Below, in pieces: positions 51,511-63,839 of a DNA stretch of 64,000 bases (the stretch's first letter is position 1; each line of letters starts with the position of its first letter). Location: positions 176,392,001-176,456,000 of the forward strand of contig NC_058368.1 in the NCBI RefSeq assembly GCF_018350175.1, read 5' to 3'. Both the position numbers and the translations under genes were made by a program. The DNA is from Felis catus (lineage: Eukaryota). The notes under the pieces are model-generated. The model saw nothing but the letters and a program-made list of their open reading frames with translations, was not told the origin of the DNA and searched no databases.

Positions 51511-52477
51511 CTTCCTTCGAAGCCCCCACTGTGTTTTCCTTCACTTTCTCTCTGTGGCCTCGGGCAAACCTCAGCCTCTCAGAGCCCTGTTGCATTTGTA
51601 AAACGGTTTTCTTGAGTTGTAAGGATTAAATTGAATGAATGATCCAGATTTGGGTCGCGCACAGCGTCTAGCTCTGTGACAGGAGGAGATAAGGCAATCC
51701 TAGATTTATAAAGTGAACCCACCATCTATTTCCCTGCTGTGCCTCTCTGGGAAAGACACTTGGCATCTCTGAGCCCCCACCCTTTCCACGTATGCACAAA
51801 GAGACTGATGGCATTTGAGGGGCATTTTCCCGGGGGTCAGATAAGAAAGTTGGGAGACTGGCTTAGTGCAGTGCCTGGCACATGATATGGGCACAATCAC
51901 CGGAAGTGACTGTGGTGGACCAGATAGCTGCCTCTGCCTGCACCTTCTGTTTATGGTTCATTCCAACGGTATTCATTGAGAGGCGGCTGTGAGCCAGGTC
52001 CATACAGGACATGCTGGTTGTCTCAGGCAGAGCGAGGCCTGCCCAAGTCTGTGACCTGGCCCAGGGCAGACCTCTCTGAGCCTCAATTTCATCCTGCAAA
52101 ATTCACACGTAATCAGCACCTCCCTCCAGGATTGGTGGATTAGAAGAGTTGATAGTTGAGGTAACACAAGACTGGTGTAAAGGAAACTAATTCCGAACTT
52201 CCCCTGGGGTTCTATTGCTGGCCCCACCTCCAAGGTTTCAGTCATAGGGCTTGAAAAATCCCAGGGGAGGAAGGTGGGGGCTCGTGTTCTAAAAGCAGGA
52301 CCAGAGGGCAGTTTCCTCATCTATAAAAAGAGGTAAATCATGGTACCTGGTTCCTCTGGGAGGATTCAGAATGCACTGTGATAGCACTATGGGTGGGGGG
52401 TGAACTAAAATCTTCCCCTGGAGCATACACTATGGCCTGACCAGTTACCTCTTCCTCCCTCTGACCTCCAGCATTAC

Positions 52478-52621
52478 CTTTCTTCCTTCCTTCCTTCCTT
52501 TTTCTTTCTTTCTTTCTCTCTTTCTTCCTTTCTTTCTTCTCTCTTTTCTTTCTTTTCTTTCTTTCTTTCTTTCTCTCTTTCTTTCTTTCTTTCTTTCTCT
52601 CTCTCTTTTCTTTCTCTCTCT

Positions 52622-52713
<92 letters not shown>

Positions 52714-52724
52714 TCCTTCTTTCT
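52478..52724. repeat. Complex (TTCC)/(TTTC)n/(TC) pyrimidine microsatellite
   Basis: About 245 bp of pure C/T on the + strand, including a long perfect (TTTC)n array at ~52622-52713. Confidence 0.97.
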
Positions 52725-53280
52725 ACAAGTGGCCTGGCACTTTGAAGTGAGAGAAGGACATCAGCTTGAACTGGAAGTCTGGGGTAACAAGAAAGGTGAA
52801 GGGGCCTTGAGTGGCCTGCCACGGGGCCCAGACCACTGTTTGTGGGGCCTCAGCCCCAACCTATTGAATCAGGTTGCATTTAAAAGCATGATCTCCAAGA
52901 GATTTGTTGGCACATTTAAGTTTCAGAGGCACTGCTATAAAGACCTTGCTCCCCGCAAGCAGACTGGGGTGGGGTTTACATTGGCTATTCCTTTTGCCTG
53001 GAGCACTTTCTTCTTTGTCTTCCACCCTGTTTATAGGGGCAATGTCTCCCAATGTCTGTTCTCTCTTTCTTCAGGACTGTTAGCCATGTGGACAGAGCCC
53101 AGGCTCTGGAGCCACATCTCATGGGTTCATGTTCCAGCATGTCCACTTACTGAGTTATTTTACATCTGTCTCTCAGTTTTCCCATCCATAAAATGGGGAC
53201 AATATAGTACCTTCTTCACAGATTTGTTAGGAGGGTAAAATGAGCTGACATAATTTTTTTTTTAATTAAAAAAAGAAGAA

Positions 53281-53550
53281 GGGGGCGCCTGGGTGGCGCA
53301 GTCGGTTAAGCGTCCGACTTCAGCCAGGTCACGATCTCGCGGTCTGTGAGTTCGAGCCCCGCGTCAGGCTCTGGGCTGATGGCTCGGAGCCTGGAGCCTG
53401 TTTCCGATTCTGTGTCTCCTTCTCTCTCTGCCCCTCACCTGTTCATGCTCTGTCTCTCTCTGTCCCCAAAATAAATAAACGTTGAAAAAAAATTTTTTTT
53501 TAAAAATAAAAAAATAAAAAAAAAATAAAAAAAAATAAAAAAAAATAAAA
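53281..53550 (+). mobile_element. Young felid Can-SINE with a long patterned A tail
   Basis: Full-length copy; tail of repeated (A)nT units; flanked by aaaaagaagaa(g). Confidence 0.95.
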
Positions 53551-53569
53551 AGAAGAAGAAGAAAAGAAA

Positions 53570-53830
53570 GGGGCGCCTGGGTGGCTCAGTCAGTTGAGCA
53601 TCTGACTTTGGCTCAGGTCATGGTCTCGCGGTTCGTGAGTTCAAGCCTCATGTGAGACTCTGTGTTGACAGCTCAGAGCCTGAAGCCTGCTTCGGATTCT
53701 GTGTCTCCCTCTCTCTCTGTCCCTCCCTCACTCGTGCTCTGTCTCTCTGTCTCAAAAATAAATAAACATTAAATAAATAAATAAATAAATAAATAAGCAT
53801 TAAAAAATTAAAAACATAAAAAAAAAAAAG
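53570..53830 (+). mobile_element. Can-SINE with (AAAT)n tail
   Basis: ggggcgcctgggtggctcagtcagttgagc head and (AAAT)n tail; outer TSD aaatgag(c/t)tgacata at 53238-53252 and 53831-53845. Confidence 0.94.
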
Positions 53831-53929
53831 AAATGAGTTGACATATGTCAAGGACTTAGGACAGTGCCTGGTACGGAATAATGCAAGGTGGGGTTGACTA
53901 TCATTGCTATTTTTGCATGGTGATGGAGC

Positions 53930-54330
53930 TCCAATTTTTGGCTGGGCATATGGGTTCTCAGAATGAAAGTTGCATTTTTCACCTCCCCTTGCACCTAGGT
54001 GTGGCCTTGTGACTAAGTTCTGACCATTGATATGTAAGGGGAAGCATCTATGGCAGCTTCAGGGGGTACTTGGTATCTATTATCCTCTGTCTCGCTTTTT
54101 CCACATAGCTGCCCAGAATGTGGATGCCACCATCATGGACCACGTGAAGAAGGTCATGCAGAACAGAGCAACAGGATAGAAGGAGCCTGAGTCCTTGTCA
54201 CTGAGTGGCACAGTACCTGTCCTTAAACACCTCCCCGGATGTCTAAGTGAGATATAAACATCTATCTTATATAAGCCACCTTTATTTTGGATTTTCAGCT
54301 GCTGACACCTGAACCTAATGCTGATGCACC
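53930..54330 (+). mobile_element. MaLR (MLT1I/J-like) LTR relic
   Basis: cctccccttgcacctaggtgtggccttgtgactaagttctgacca...gaaggagcctgagtcc...ataaacatctatcttatataagccac. Confidence 0.7.
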
Positions 54331-54874
54331 TGCCTCAGGCTAGTTAATTACTTGGCAGCTCAAATATTGTATATAGAATCATCCAGGTTCTTCCCCACTA
54401 TACGTTTGCATGGCACCAGTAGTTTTCCTGGGGAAACCGTGTCACAATTTGTGATTACATTATCGTTAATTGGCCAATGTCAACCTCCCCATCTTGACTG
54501 GAAGCTCTCCGGGGAGCACGCATGTCCGTTTGCTCATTCTTGTATCCCACCATCCAGCCAGAGCCTGCACGCGGTAGGGGTGCAATGCCTCTGTGTCAAA
54601 GGCTGGATGGAGGCTTCCCAGGGAAGTAGGCTTTCCCACGGAACAGAGGGGCTGGGGAGGGGGAGCACATCCACGAGGATCTCTGTGGAGACTGTTGGGG
54701 TCTGTAAGCAGACCAGGCTGCCAGTCCCAGGTGATCCATCCACCCAAAAGACAGTGGGAGATAGGGCTAAGGAAATCCGACTGTGCTGCAGTATGTGGGA
54801 AAGCTCTGGGTCTCTTGGACCAGAGGAGTGACTTAATAAAAACCGAGTTTTAGGATTACTAATCTTGTAGGACT

Positions 54875-55370
54875 CTATGATAGCCAGCCTCCAATGGTCC
54901 TCACTGATGTTCCCATGCCCTTGTGTAATCACCTCTCACAACAAGTAGGACAGACTTGGGTAACCAACAGGACATTGCAGAAATGACAGTGTATGACTCC
55001 TGAGACAAAGTCATAAAGGGCATTGAGGCTTCCGCTCAGGCTCTCTTGAATCACTTCTTCTGGAGGAATCCAGCGTCTGTGTTGCAAAGATACTCAGGCA
55101 CTGTTATAGAGGGGTCCATGCGGCCAGAAACTGAGGCCTTCCATCAACAGCCGTGTGAGTGAGCCATCCCGGAAGTGGATCCTTAGCCCCAGTCAAATCT
55201 TCAAAGCTGCAGTTCTGGCCCACAGCTTAACTACAGCCTCATGAGAGACCCTGAATCAGAACCACCCAGCCAAGCTGCCTCTGAATTCCTGGAAGGACGT
55301 GAGATAATAAGCATTTCTTTTAAGCCACAAAGTTGTAGGTAATCAGTTACATGGTGGTACAATTAATATA
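54875..55370 (+). mobile_element. MaLR (MLT1E/F/G-like) solo LTR
   Basis: cccatgcccttgtgtaatcacctctcac...gagccatcccggaagtggatccttagccccagtcaa...gagagaccctgaatcagaaccacccagccaagctgc...ttttaagccacaaagtt. Confidence 0.8.
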
Positions 55371-55525
55371 GACTCTATCCCCATTTGTTTTTCTACCAGC
55401 ACCTTCTCCCTGCCTTCCTTCGCCTCACCCCAACTGGTCAGTCAGCACTCTGGCTGAGCGACCTGGACACATTGCCTAACTAGCTGGGCGTCTGAGTATG
55501 AAACGAAGGCTAATAACACCTCATC

Positions 55526-56061
55526 TGTGTCAGGAAGCCTCTAAACTCGCCACCCGAATCAATCCACCCCCTGGTATTCATATCCTTGTGCAATCCCCTT
55601 TCTTAGACTGTAAACTGGATTTACTGACTCACTTCTAATGAACAGAATGTGGCAGGAGTAATGGCATGTTACTCCTAAGACGGAGTTATGAAGAGATCGC
55701 GCCTTCTGTCTTGGGCACTCTTGCTGTCACTCACATCAGCGGCCCGGGGTGAGCCAGCAGCCATGTTGTAAGGCAGCCCTGTGGAGAAGCCTGTGTGAGT
55801 TAGGCCGAGTGTGAGAGGGCCAAGCGTGAACCTCCTGAGGCTTGACCAAAACCTTGTGCGTGAGCTCGGGAATGGATTCTGCAGCCTCAGCCAAGCCTTG
55901 AGATGACTGCGGCCCTGGTGGACAGCTCGATTGTGACCTCACGAGAGACCTTGACCCGGAGGTATCCAGCTGAGTTCTGCTTGGATCCTGTGAGATAACA
56001 AAATGTTTGTTGCTCTAAGCCACCAGGTGTGGGGTGGTTTGTTATAAAGCGAAACAAATAC
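55526..56061 (+). mobile_element. MaLR (MLT1F-like) solo LTR
   Basis: Starts tgtg, ends aataca; ccctggtattcatatccttgtgcaatcccc...cagccaagccttgagatgactgcggccctgg...tgtgagataacaaaatgtttgttgctctaagccacc. Confidence 0.8.
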
Positions 56062-56365
56062 ATGGTCCTAAAACCTTGCTGTGAAGATGAAGTAACATGT
56101 GCCTAGCACACAGTAGGTGCTAATTAAATGCTTGCTAAATCAGTCAATGAACAGACGAGTGTACTATAATGTGGAATGTTCCCTGGATCCAAATGCTCAC
56201 TGCCTCCACCGCCTCCTGCCGAACACGTCACTGAAAGGTGTTTTAAGCCGGGGAATAGCTGGGTCAGATTTCCTTCTCTGTAATGAGAGACTGGTTTGTG
56301 TTCCATGGGTGTGGCTGGTTCAGATGTGGTCTGGATAGAGAGAGATTAAGACATAATAATCTTCT

Positions 56366-56572
56366 GGGGCGCCTGGGTGGCGCAGTCGGTTAAGCGTCCG
56401 ACTTCAGCCAGGTCACGATCTCGCGGTCCGTGAGTTCGAGCCCCGCGTCGGGCTCTGGGCTGATGGCTCAGAGCCTGGAGCCTGTTTCCGATTCTGTGTC
56501 TCCCTCTCTCTCTGCCCCTCCCCCGTTCATGCTCTGTCTCTCTCTGTCCCAAAAATAAATAAACGTTGAAAA

Positions 56573-56607
<35 letters not shown>
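56366..56607 (+). mobile_element. Very young felid Can-SINE
   Basis: CpG-intact copy with a long pure A tail; TSD aaga(c/a)ataataatctt. Confidence 0.96.
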
Positions 56608-56611
<4 letters not shown>

Positions 56612-57564
56612 ATAATAATCTTTTGTCAGCTCAGAGAGGTCTTGAGGGTAACTTAGGCCTCTGGACAAACAGAGTCTCTATTAAAGTCTCCTCACCGGAG
56701 GACATTCATTCATTGTAAGTCATTCACTGAATACCTCTTTGTGACGGGACTTTTGGATGAACATGACACATCCCTGCTTTCAAGAAGTTAGGGAGGAGGT
56801 GACCAAAAATGTGGTACCACTGTAAAAAACCAGGGTCAGGGGCACTAATTTCTTGTGTGGAGGCATCTTAGTGTGGTTAGTGCTGTGGCGTGGGCAGCAC
56901 CAGAGGTCCTGGGAGGCCGGGAAGGGGCCCCTGAGCTCACCTATACGGATGACTTGGTCTGAACTCTTTCGGTTGAAGGTGAAAGAGATCATCTCAAATC
57001 AATGCACACCGTCTCAGGGGGGGATAAAGTCCAGAGGTAGATTTGGGTTTCAGGCACAGTTGGATCTAGGCACTTCAACAATCGCCTCAGGAATCCCTCT
57101 CTCCATTCTGGGCTCATCTTTTTTCTTCTGGCTTCATTTCAAGGTAAACTTTCCCTTTGTGGTGGCAAATGTCCGTCTGTCGCTCCAGGTTAACATTTTC
57201 CTGCTCAGCAAGTTCAGTAGATAATGATGACCAGGCTCCTGACACCTCCAGTGAGGTCTCCTGGGCTGACCCACGAGGGCCTGGCTTAGGCCCCAGCCCT
57301 GACCAGTGGCTCCAGGAGAATGGTGTGTGAATACCAGCCGCTAGTGCCTGGAGTGCAGTCAGCCCCACCCTACACACGTAGATTTAGATGGGAGAAGGGT
57401 GACTTCCTAAAGAAACATTAGGGCAGCGTTGACAAAGATGGAAGGGCGCTGGGAGGCTAAATCATCGGGTTTCTTCTACAGGGATCAGGGAATGTTAGAT
57501 GAACAAGTAACCATATATGTGGAGGGGGGGATATATCTCTTGCCCCAGCACCCACCTCTGTATC

Positions 57565-57778
57565 TTTTTTTTTTTTTATTTTTTAAACATTTATTCATTT
57601 TTGAGAGTGAGAGAAACAGAGCATGAGCAGGCGAGGGGCAGAGACACAGAATCCGAAGCGCGCTCCAGGCTCTGAGCTGTCAGCACAGGGCCCGATGCGG
57701 GGCTCGAACTCACGGACCGCGAGATCATGACCTGAGCCGAAGCCGGACGCCCAACCGACTGAGCCACCCAGGCGCCCC
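57565..57778 (-). mobile_element. Felid Can-SINE
   Basis: Antisense copy with a short internal deletion; flanking repeat ctctgtatct. Confidence 0.93.
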
Positions 57779-59520
57779 CACCAAGCTCTGTATCTCACAC
57801 AGGTGCCTATTTGGTAGAAGGATACGTGGGTGCAGTGTGCTCAGTGTTTCCATTTTATATTAAGTGCCCAGGTGCTCCCCACAGCTATGCAGGAAACTAC
57901 TTGGTCATGAGCCCCTGGCAGATAACCTTCTAGCTTTTCAGTGCACACGAGGAAATCTCAATTCTTTGGATCCTCTTTTTCTGAGTCCCACCTTTTTCCT
58001 TTTTCATGAGTCCTCACTCTGTCTCTGAATCCAGATAAATCTAGGCGGACCTAATTTCTCTTGCGAGTGTGGTTCAGTCTTGCCTCTTTCTTGAGATCCA
58101 CCTGCCTGACCTTTTTCTCCTTGGCGCATTAACTACTCACTGAGCTCCTGCTCTGTGGGGCTTATGACCCAGAGGGCTTTGGATTGTGCTAACCTATTAT
58201 CCGGGCTGTGTGACCGTGAGTAGGTTACTGAACCATTCTGTGCCTCAGTCTGCTCATTGGTAAACTGTGTAGCGTTTATATCATATTAAATGCCTTGATA
58301 TATGGCCAGGATTTAGCATAGAATCAGGCACGTGTATTATGTCAATAAAATTGCAGTTGGCTCACACCCTTCCACTCTGAGACCTCTAGGGAGAATGAAT
58401 GCAAAGGTAGTGGCATTAGGTCCATGCAGGAAGGGGGCCTTTGTCTCACACAGATGGTGGGCCTCTGGTCAGCCTCGGGTGCGGCGTTTCATCCACACTT
58501 TTCAAGGGCTGTGCAGGTCCCGTGTCTGAGTCTCCCCCAGACAGTGCTAACTTCTGCCGCCAGCAGTCGTGTCCACGAGCTACGTGACTCAGTGCCACCT
58601 GCTCGCCTCCATCATGTTTCTCACCTGACGCTCACCTGGACCCTTTCCTCCGTTGTCTGTGGGGTGGCTTGGGGTGGAGCGGGGCCTGCGCGGCCAGAGA
58701 CTCAACTGTGCCCCCCTTCCCCGCGGGCTCCTCCCTCCATTCCGGCTCCTTGGCTGGCCATGGGGAGACTGGGGAGGCTTCTGTGTGGCCCAAAGCATGT
58801 GTGTGTGTGTCACAGTGTGTGGGCGTCACCATGTGTTGACAGTGCTGACGTCCAACCTGGGGCAAGTGGGTCTGTTCTCCCAGCTGATGACTGTGCTATG
58901 CTTCCTCAGGGTGAGCTGGTGATTGGCGGGGTGTCAAACCAAACTTGACTCTGAGGAGGAAATAGAAAAGGGAGGCCTGGGTGTGACTGCCGTGTAACCA
59001 AAGTAAGTCCCTTCAGCTCCCAGAGCCTCAACTTCTTTTTGTGTAAAGGGGGGAGATCTTGGAGGAATAGAGGTCATTTGCTCATTCATTCGCAAGTTGA
59101 TGATGCACCAGTGAACAGGACAGGAACTCCCTTCACACACGTGTTTAGCATCCCATAAATAGCGATAAATATACAGAAGTCCAATAATAATACGTTCTAG
59201 GGGTTCCCAGCCAGATCCAAACAGTTTCCAAGGTGCCTGCAAATGGAAAAAGTCCAAATGAAAAGCTGGCTCACTGTGACCCCAAGAGTTGCGTAGCATG
59301 AGGTGAGGTCAAAGGCGCAAGAGAAAGCTTTGGGGTCAGAGAGCAGAATCGTAGACCTAGTTCCGTTGATTCCTGTCTGTCACCATGAGGTTGTCTCATT
59401 CTCTGCTATAGCCTCAGTTTCCTCCCCTGCAAAATGGACAGAGCACCCACTTCACAGGATAGTCGGGAGGGTCAAGTAGTTATCTTGTGGTCATATCAGA
59501 GCCCCCGCTATTTTGGTTTT

Positions 59521-59745
59521 GTTTTTTTTTAATAATTTTTTTTAACGTTTATTTATTTTTGAGACAGAGAGAGACAGAGCATGAACGGGGGAGGGGCAGA
59601 GAGAGAGGGAGACACAGAATCGGAAGCAGGCTCCAGGCTCTGAGCCATCAGCCCAGAGCCCGACGCGGGGCTCGAACTCCCGGACCGCGAGATCGTGACC
59701 TGGCTGAAGTCGGACGCTTAACCGACTGCGCCACCCAGGCGCCCC
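59521..59745 (-). mobile_element. Young felid Can-SINE nested at the tail of an older SINE
   Basis: Full-length, CpG-intact; TSD gctattttg. Confidence 0.95.
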
Positions 59746-59754
59746 GCTATTTTG

Positions 59755-59877
59755 TTTTTTAAGTAGGATCCACATCCACTAGCTCAAAGTGGGGCTTGAA
59801 CTCACAACTCTGAGATCAAGACCTGAACTGAGATCCAGAGTCAGCCACTTAACCAGCTGAGCCACTCAGGTACCTCT
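59755..59877 (-). mobile_element. Older short Can-SINE
   Basis: gtggggcttgaactcacaactctgagatcaagacctgaactgagatccagagtcagccacttaaccagctgagccactcaggtacc. Confidence 0.8.
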
Positions 59878-60944
59878 GGAGCCCCTACTACTTACAATCT
59901 GGTTCTAGCTTGATCTCAAGTTTCATCCCCAGTCTGGTCTCATGGCCATATCGGTGAGGGGAGGAGATCTGTCAGAACACCCAAGGTCCCTCCTTGCTCT
60001 GTGAGTTTCCTCCATTTTTTCCCCTCCTTTCCAAAACAAGTACATTTTTAGCAGACCCTAGACATGGCTTCCTACCGAGTTAAATTCAAGAAATCCTGAC
60101 TGAGCCCTAGGAAGTGTTTGGGTGTTCTGGGTGTAGATGACAGTTGGACCCTCCTCTCCAGAAGAGTCACCCCATCAAATGACCTCTTTCTGCCCTGCCC
60201 ACCCCCCAAGTCATATATTTATCAAGAAATCTCACCTGGTCTAAATCAGAGTTATTAAAACAGAATTCGCTTTTGTGATTTCTTTTGTTTTCATGTACTA
60301 ATCAATTAAAGGAATAGCAATTACCTAATTTAAAACGTAACATATGGAAAACAGATAGTCAAATAGGAAAAAGGGTCCACAATGGAGAGTGAAGTCTCTC
60401 TTGTCCCTCCACTCCCCAACAGAGGTGACCACTGCTAAAGGTTTTCTTCACTGGACAGGGCTTTTTGGTGGCCAGAAGTGACCCCAGCCTTTCTGTGGGT
60501 AGAAAACAGCCACAGACATCTCTCCGCTCTCCCAGCCAAGAGCTCTGAGGCCAGGAAGGAGGAGCAGGAGTGGGAGCTTCCCAAAGAGTTGAGGGTCCAC
60601 CAAAAGGCCAGAGGGACAGCAGTGTCCTCAGGGGCCCGACTGAGGACCAAGTTCAGTTCCTCAGGCAGCTTCCAGGGGAGACCTTGGGGTCAGAGATTGG
60701 CCAAGAGAGACCTTTAACCCACTTGCAAGAAGCCCGCTGACCCCATTGGAAAAAGTCTTCTACAAATATTTGTTAAGTGACTATGACCGGCTTCCAACTA
60801 TGATTGGAATTAGGGTGAATTAGGAAATGGAACTGGAAAGACCCCAAATCTCCCTATGAAAATAAGCAGAAGGGAGAGAACGTTGACTGAAAAATCTATT
60901 GTCTGTCAAGGGTTTTTTGTCAGGTTATTTAAAAATTAATTTTT

Positions 60945-61165
60945 TTTTTTTTAATTTTTTTTAACGTTTATTTATTTTTGAGACAGAGAGAGACAGAGCA
61001 TGAACGGGGAAGGGGCAGAGAGAGAGGGAGACACAGAATTGGAAGCAGGCTCCAGGTTCTGAGCCATCAGCCCAGAGCCCGACGCGGGGCTCGAACTCAC
61101 AGACCGCAAGATCGTGACCTGGCTGAAGTCGGACGCTTAACCGACTGCGCCACCCAGGCGCCCCT
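60945..61165 (-). mobile_element. Young felid Can-SINE
   Basis: Full-length antisense copy; TSD taaaaattaattttt. Confidence 0.95.
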
Positions 61166-61904
61166 AAAAATTAATTTTTAAATACACGAATAGTGTAGGA
61201 ATACATTTTCCAGGTGAAAACGAAAACTTGACAGATAGGGTAAAGACCCCCTTTGATCTCTAGCTCCAGTCATGACTTTCCTTTGCCTCCCCAGAGGTAA
61301 GCTGTGTTTCAATTTGGTGTGAATCCTTCCAACTTTTTTCTCTGCATTTTTCACACATATATATTTTCTTTTTCTTTTCAGATTAATGCTGTCATACGTA
61401 TTAATCTGCCTTTTAATCTTTGGATCAATAACATATCTGAGAGATTTTTTTTTTTTCAGGCAAATACAGATCTACACTTGAGCTCATAGTGTTTTATTGG
61501 GTGATCACATCAGCCCCACTACAGGTGATCACACAGTGGCTCAGAGGACATAAGTGACTCACCACAGCCGGTGAGTAGTGAAGCAGGACTCAGACGTGGA
61601 CATGTCTTTCCAAATTTGAACTCTACCTGCCCTTTACCTAATCTGCTTGTGGTTTGTACCATGTTTCTTTTGGCTTATGACATCATCAAGTGGGCCATTT
61701 AAAGGAGATTGATCATAATGCATGGGACAAATTGGCCACCTCTCTTTCCTGTTAAAATACCTCCATGGTTGCCCGGTACCCGGGGCTGGGTCTAAGTCCC
61801 CCAACCTGGTAAGACAAGATCTTCTAGACAGGGCTCCTTATAAATTCCCCAGCCTCCCTTGGTCAGTGCTCCATTCGGAATGTGTTCTCCAGCACCTCCA
61901 AGCA

Positions 61905-62630
61905 ATTAACTAAATTCTGGCACTATCTACCTGGAGACAGCACCAGATCTCAAGGATTAAGGACTCGACCCCGCAAGACTGCCCCGCTTCAGGTGCCCTC
62001 CTCAAGTCCAGGTTGTCATCTGTGCTTCTGAGTGACCAGCTATAAATGAGAGGTTCCTGAGACCTCTTCCTTGGGTTAAATTATTTGCTAGGTAGGCTCA
62101 CAGAACTCAGATGTTTACTTACTTACATTTACCAGTTTATTATAAAGAATATCGTAAAGGGTACAGATAGCCGGATAAAGTACGTAGGGTAAGGTACGTA
62201 GGAAGGGGTGACGAGCTGCCACTCTCCAAGCACCTCCACATGTTTACCGACATGCAAGGTCTCCCAACCCTGTGTCCCTTTCGGCTTTTATGGAGGCTTC
62301 ATTACATAGGTGTGATTGATCAAGTCATTGCCATTGGTGATTGAACCCAATCCCCAGCCCTTCTCCCCTTCCTGAAGTTGGTGGAGGGGCTAAATTACAA
62401 CCCTGCCAAAGAAGTTGTTGGTTCCCCTGGCAAAGGGGAACCATCCTTAGGGGCTTTCCAAAAGTCACCTCAGTAATGCAAACTCAGGTGTGGTTGGAAG
62501 GGGATCATTGTGAATAATAAAAGACAACCTTATTGTGCTTATCTTGTAGGAGAGTCTAAGGGTTTTAGAAGCTCTGTGTTAGAAATAGGATGAAGACCAA
62601 ATACCTGTTTCTTATATCACAAAATCACAC
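61905..62630 (-). mobile_element. ERV LTR relic, MER21-family-like
   Basis: Minus strand begins tgtgattttgtgatataagaaacaggtatttggtcttc; + strand carries ctatctacctggagacagc...caagactgcccc...ttgctaggtaggctcacagaactcag, motifs I associate with MER21-related LTRs. Confidence 0.7.
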
Positions 62631-62704
62631 TCCAGAAAAAATAAACCACTGAAAGTTGCCTTCATGCCGCACCATTATTTCTCCCCCACTTCCTTGCCCA
62701 TATG

Positions 62705-62905
62705 GTTTTAATGTTTATTTATTTTAGAGAGAGAGAGAGACAGAGACACAGAATGAGCAGGGGAAGGGCAGAGAGGGAGGGAGACACAGAATCTGAAGCA
62801 GACCCTAAGCTCTGAGCTGTCAGCGCAGAGCCTGACGCAGGGCTCATGAACTGTGAGATCGTGACCTGAGCTGGGCACTTAACCTGCTGAGCCACCCAGG
62901 TGCCT
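62705..62905 (-). mobile_element. Can-SINE (diverged)
   Basis: ttttaatgtttatttattttagagagaga...gagacacagaatctgaagcag...ctgagccacccaggtgcc. Confidence 0.9.
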
Positions 62906-63839
62906 GGACCTGCTCTTCACCTTAACCTTTCTTTGTCTCCTTTACTCATCCTTTACGCATCCCTACAAATCCTTTGCAACTTGGTAGAGTCTTGGTTACC
63001 CCCAGGCTGGGTTAGATGTCCCTCCTCTGTGCTGTGGCCCACAATGCTTTGTACTTATGGGCTTCAAAACATTTTCCATCCCATTCTAACCGCCATTATA
63101 TCTGCCTCCCACTCTTGAGGGTGAGCTCCTTGAAGTGAGGGTCCCTGTCTCATTCATCTGTATCTCCAGGCCCCAGACAAGCCCTGTACTCGTGGTGAGT
63201 GCCACCTATATGTCTGTGAAAGACATGCCTGCCTCAAAACAGTGAACAGTGGAGTCTGGTGTCGTGTGTTGAGCTTTCAGTGATGATACGAGAGAGAAAG
63301 GAGATACATAAGACGATAGTGTGGAAGGAGAATCCCAACATGTCTGGAATTAACTTTACCAAATGGCAGCTAATACTATCCAGATATATGGTGACTGGTG
63401 GGGCCCTATTTTCTCCAACCATCTTCCAGCTCAACTATTTCTCTTAGCTCTGGGCTGTTCCTCTTTTTCTTCTCTTTCATCTGCTGAAAGGGGATGCGTG
63501 CCAAAATTTTCATATGAAATCAATGCTGACAAGCGCTGGTTGAGCCCCGTGGCTTCGTCTTCTTGCTTATGTCCCTTGTTTCAAAAGGGCAACAAAACCC
63601 TCTGCCCACTCTTGAAACTGGCAGGGATTTCCTGAGAAGAGGGACTGGGGAGTTCACTTTTGGAGGAACCATTTCCTACCTCAACTGCAGTGGAAACTCA
63701 TTATCTCTGAATTAGCATTTCGCCTCAAAATTTTAATGTCATCTTCTGCTAACACTAGAGTTAAGGGAAGCCCAAAGATTTCACCCATGTCCCCTCATGT
63801 CCCTTTTCTCTGCACAAACCTGCGGGAAAATCTCTCTTC

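Noticed and set aside
50733..51615. Several overlapping 100-200 aa Pro/Ala/Gly/Arg-rich ORFs on both strands
   Set aside because: Stop codons are rare in CpG islands; the only supported coding part is the 20-nt ERGIC1 exon.
52445..52822. 125-aa Lys/Glu/Arg-rich ORF (KERKKERK...)
   Set aside because: Translation of the (GAAA)n microsatellite.
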